From contig NC_069006.1 of NCBI RefSeq assembly GCF_001194135.2, positions 24,442,652-24,480,145 on the forward strand: DNA of 37,494 bases, given 5' to 3'. Every line of letters starts with the position of its first letter. Within the stretch, counting starts at the first letter, position 1. This stretch comes from Octopus bimaculoides. Taxonomy: Eukaryota. Of the stretch, positions 34,491 to 37,494 are shown piece after piece. The position numbers were made by a program, and so were the translations under genes. The notes under the pieces are model-generated. The model saw only the letters and a list, made by a program, of their open reading frames with translations. It made no database searches and had not been told where the DNA came from.

Positions 34491-34969
34491 CGTGGCAATC
34501 TGGATGTAAAACAATGTCTCAGTAATATATATACTCATCTTCCCCATGCTGGCATGGAAAAATGGAAGAAAAACAGAACAAATGATATAAAGGTTCATAA
34601 CATAGACATTACATGGGAATGTTTATGGGACAAGACACAAATGCTGTCACCATTCCTGTATGCATGTATAAATGTGTGTGTGTGTGTGTGTAATCTTTGT
34701 ACACTATAGATCCATTGTCTGTTTTATCAGTCCCATGTCTCTTGTATCAGACAAACCTATCTCGGACTACAGAGACAAACTATCATGGTGAGAATACCTG
34801 TATTAACAAAGACAACAGCTGGTTTCTCAAGTTTGTTTCTCACTCTGTACCCTTGACATGGTTTTTTCCTTCCTTTCACATCCTGCTCAGACTTTCTCTC
34901 TCTGATAACAGAATTCAAACCATCACAGGAGCCAGACATTTAAAGCTATGTTGAATTTGTTCCATCTCC

Positions 34970-35222
34970 CCCACCTCTCTCTCTCTCTCCTCCCCCTCTC
35001 TCTCTCTCCTCCCCCTCTCTCNNNNNNNNNNNNNNNNNNNNNNNNNNNNNNNNNNNNNNNNNNNNNNNNNNNNNNNNNNNNNNNNNNNNNNNNNNNNNNN
35101 NNNNNNNNNNNNNNNNNNNNNNNNNNNNNNNNNNNNNNNNNNNNNNNNNNNNNNNNNNNNCTCTCTCTCTCCTCCTCCCTCTCTCTCTCTCCTCCCCCTC
35201 TCTCTCTCTCCTCCCCCTCTCT
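34970..35222 (+). repeat. (CT)n/CCCCCT compound microsatellite spanning a gap
   Basis: Direct inspection. Confidence 0.9.
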
Positions 35223-36061
35223 CAAATACTGCCTGCATTTTAACCCTTTTAAGTTAAGTGCCAGTTCTGTACTTGGGTTGATTCCTCCCTATTTCTCCTT
35301 ACCCCCTCTCTTCCGCCCCCTCTCCTCTCCTCTCAATCAACTGTGGTCAGATCCAGAGGTTAATTGGCCCTGCCAGATCTAAAAATTCCCCAGGACACAC
35401 CCTCTGCTGCATCATCTTGAGGCGTATGACATTCAAATATGTCAGTTTGTTCTAATGTCAGCCAATTCCTGAAGCCTATCCTGAGCTGACAAAAGAGTTG
35501 CTCTGTAGACACTTGACCTGTTCTGTGCTGTTGCTTGACCTGCTATGCAATTACTTGACCTGTTAAAAATAGCAGCCAGTTCTCCACATCACATCCTGTT
35601 GCTGTAAAACAAAACAAATAACAAAAAAATGGACCAGGATACATTGGATAATTGTAGTCCTAGGTATACTTTTACAAAATTACAGGACATTTATGATAGG
35701 TCTTGCTCGCTAAGAGTTCACTCGAGGATAAATAGCAATAACAACAACAACAACAACAGACATCGTGTAGTTGCTCTAAGTCAGCCTTGATAGAGCAGAC
35801 CAATCTGGCTGAAGTCGTTTTTCGGTTGCTGTTGCTAATACTTCCCAAATACCACTTTATTTCGGTGCAGTCAGTTTTGCGTGCAGGTGTGTCGTCTTGT
35901 TTCAGTGTGCTGACTGAATCAGATGGTATAAGAGAGAAGAGATGTGACTGCTCAAACTCTAATCCCCTCTAAATCCTAATCCCAAAGTGATTAGTAGATT
36001 TCTTTTGAAGAGGAAAAGAAAGAAAAAAAATAATAGTAAATAATGAGAGATGAATTAATGC

Positions 36062-36361
36062 TCATTTACTCTTTCGAGTCATTTCACTGTGGCCGTGCTG
36101 GAGCACCACCTTTAGTTCAACAAATTGACCCCAGGACTTATTCTTAGTAAGCCTAGTACTTATTCTATCAGTTTCTTTTGCCGAACTGCTAAGTTACAGG
36201 GACAAACACAGGCACACAAATATATATATTTAATTTTATTTTGTTTTTGAATTTTGTTTGCAAGATTCTTTACGTAAGTGCATGTGTTGACGCATATTTT
36301 GTTGTGTCTGGGGAGAGTCTCTATTATGTTTTGTCTGTTTGTTTCCTTCATTCTCTCTCTC

Positions 36362-36410
<49 letters not shown>

Positions 36411-36590
36411 ATTATATATGTGTATGCATGTACATGTGTACACCAATATAAACATAGGTATATTTATGCCTCCCCCTCACCCCGCCCTATTATTTTGTTC
36501 ACAAAGCACTAGTCAACCCTAGGCTATAGTAGACAACACTCTCCCATGGTGCTGTACACTGGTATCGAACTCAGAATTACATATTTTGCA
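36062..36590 (-). mobile_element. SINE family A pieces (tail 36062-36210, head ~36499-36590) separated by simple repeats
   Basis: Reverse-complement tail and head motifs. Confidence 0.55.
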
Positions 36591-37494
36591 AATAGAAATA
36601 AACACTAAGGAAGATTTGAAATCAGAGCATAAAAGGCCAATAACAGAAGTCGAAAACTTGTTCCAGTGTCTGATTTGGGTTTGTAGAGAATCACAAATAT
36701 GTTATTTGTATGTTGCAACAATATATCTCTAAGTTTGTTGACACAGATGAAATGAGGGAGTCAAATAGTGAAAACTATTTGCATTATTATGAATTTCTTT
36801 GCTTTTTTCTCACATTTTATTTTCCTTCATGACTTGTTTTTTGTTTTTGTTTTTCTTTTTGCTGAAGATTTTCGGTGGGGAAACATCAATACTTTTTAAC
36901 ATGATACCAGTTATTGAATTTAGATATTTAATGTCTCTGTCCTCAGATGCTCCAAATATTCTCCCTCTTTCTCTTTCTCTACACCTCTCTTATTTATTAA
37001 GATTATTTTGAAAGCCTACAGCTGGAGGTTTTGTTATTGTCACAGAGAGAGAGAGAGAGAGGGAGAGATTAGTATCAGAAGCAAGGAAATGTAACCTGAG
37101 AATTCCTTGTGATTGATATAGTGTACTTGATGATAGTAGCAACTAGTAGTATGTGTTACCATACCATTCTTCTCTCTGGAGAACAGTTGAGCGCCATTAC
37201 AGCCCCCCACCCCACACTTTCCCCCCAAATCTTCCAGCTTTCTATTTTGGTTGTGCTAATCATTTCATCTAATGTTGGCGCTTGACAACTTGCCAAGCCA
37301 CCAGGTCAAGATGAGGAAGAAAGACAAACAGAGACGAAGATGAAGCTGCTGCCATTCCTTTCACTTCTTGTGGAAATTCCTCTTTCACAAGAACTGGTAT
37401 TAGTTTACTACAGTGCTCTGCAGTTTATGTTTTGGTTTAACTTTTTGTTTTTTTTGTTTTTATTAAATTTGTACATTATTTACTAGCTTGTGTG

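Larger units (their letters stand above)
2660..35160. other. Assembly gaps at 2660-2703, 3542-3915, 5233-5350, 16966-17574, 20940-20949, 22113-22122, 28711-28720, 30337-30460, 35022-35160
   Basis: N runs, mostly beside simple repeats, as in a short-read scaffold. Confidence 0.99.
1..37494. repeat. Pervasive (TA)n, (CA/GT)n, (TATC)n, (TTA)n, (GTT)n and (GA)n microsatellites
   Basis: e.g. 60-115, 520-570, 1580-1700, 2620-2660, 7030-7080, 14040-14078, 18430-18472, 20206-20245, 20642-20690, 22050-22112, 23640-23720, 24090-24145, 33085-33128. Confidence 0.95.

Noticed and set aside
35511-35562. Three cttgacctg motifs resembling nuclear-receptor half-sites
   Set aside because: They appear to belong to a decayed interspersed repeat with local duplication, and the spacing does not fit a standard response element.
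990-37228. Most ORF-track entries (YIYI, CVCV, HTHT, poly-X, poly-F/K peptides)
   Set aside because: They are translations of microsatellites, N-gaps or SINEs, with no coding signature.

Overview
This is AT-rich, microsatellite-dense eukaryotic DNA with nine N-gaps. Its repeats match from memory those of octopus (coleoid cephalopod) genomes, so that assignment is an inference. There are no prokaryotic genes, CRISPR arrays, rRNA genes or genuine tRNA genes. Most ORF-track entries are microsatellite, gap or transposon artefacts. The window holds (i) dozens of copies of at least three tRNA-headed SINE families (here called A, C and D), a (CAT)n-tailed retroposon end and a TTAA-flanked piggyBac-type MITE; (ii) a Penelope-like RT fragment and a decayed L1/Tx1-like LINE end; (iii) the probable 5' end of a large plus-strand gene. 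That gene has a CpG-containing, SINE-poor region at ~17.8-19.3 kb, a candidate first coding exon at 18984-19009 and a well-defined exon at 25012-25174, which join in frame to give MEIQIDDRRGPAGSPHTAGGSYKRSRTASPSMPRSSYPYPQEPNTRYGIPPSSGYTIYREPYP. (iv) There may also be a divergent minus-strand transcript at 1-2.9 kb. The most interesting features lie around exon 25012-25174: three inverted SINE pairs span it (circRNA/ADAR potential), collinear pieces of one piggyBac MITE bracket it, and a candidate recursive splice site sits upstream. Two long near-perfect hairpins occur but may be assembly artefacts. No new biological system can be demonstrated from the sequence alone.
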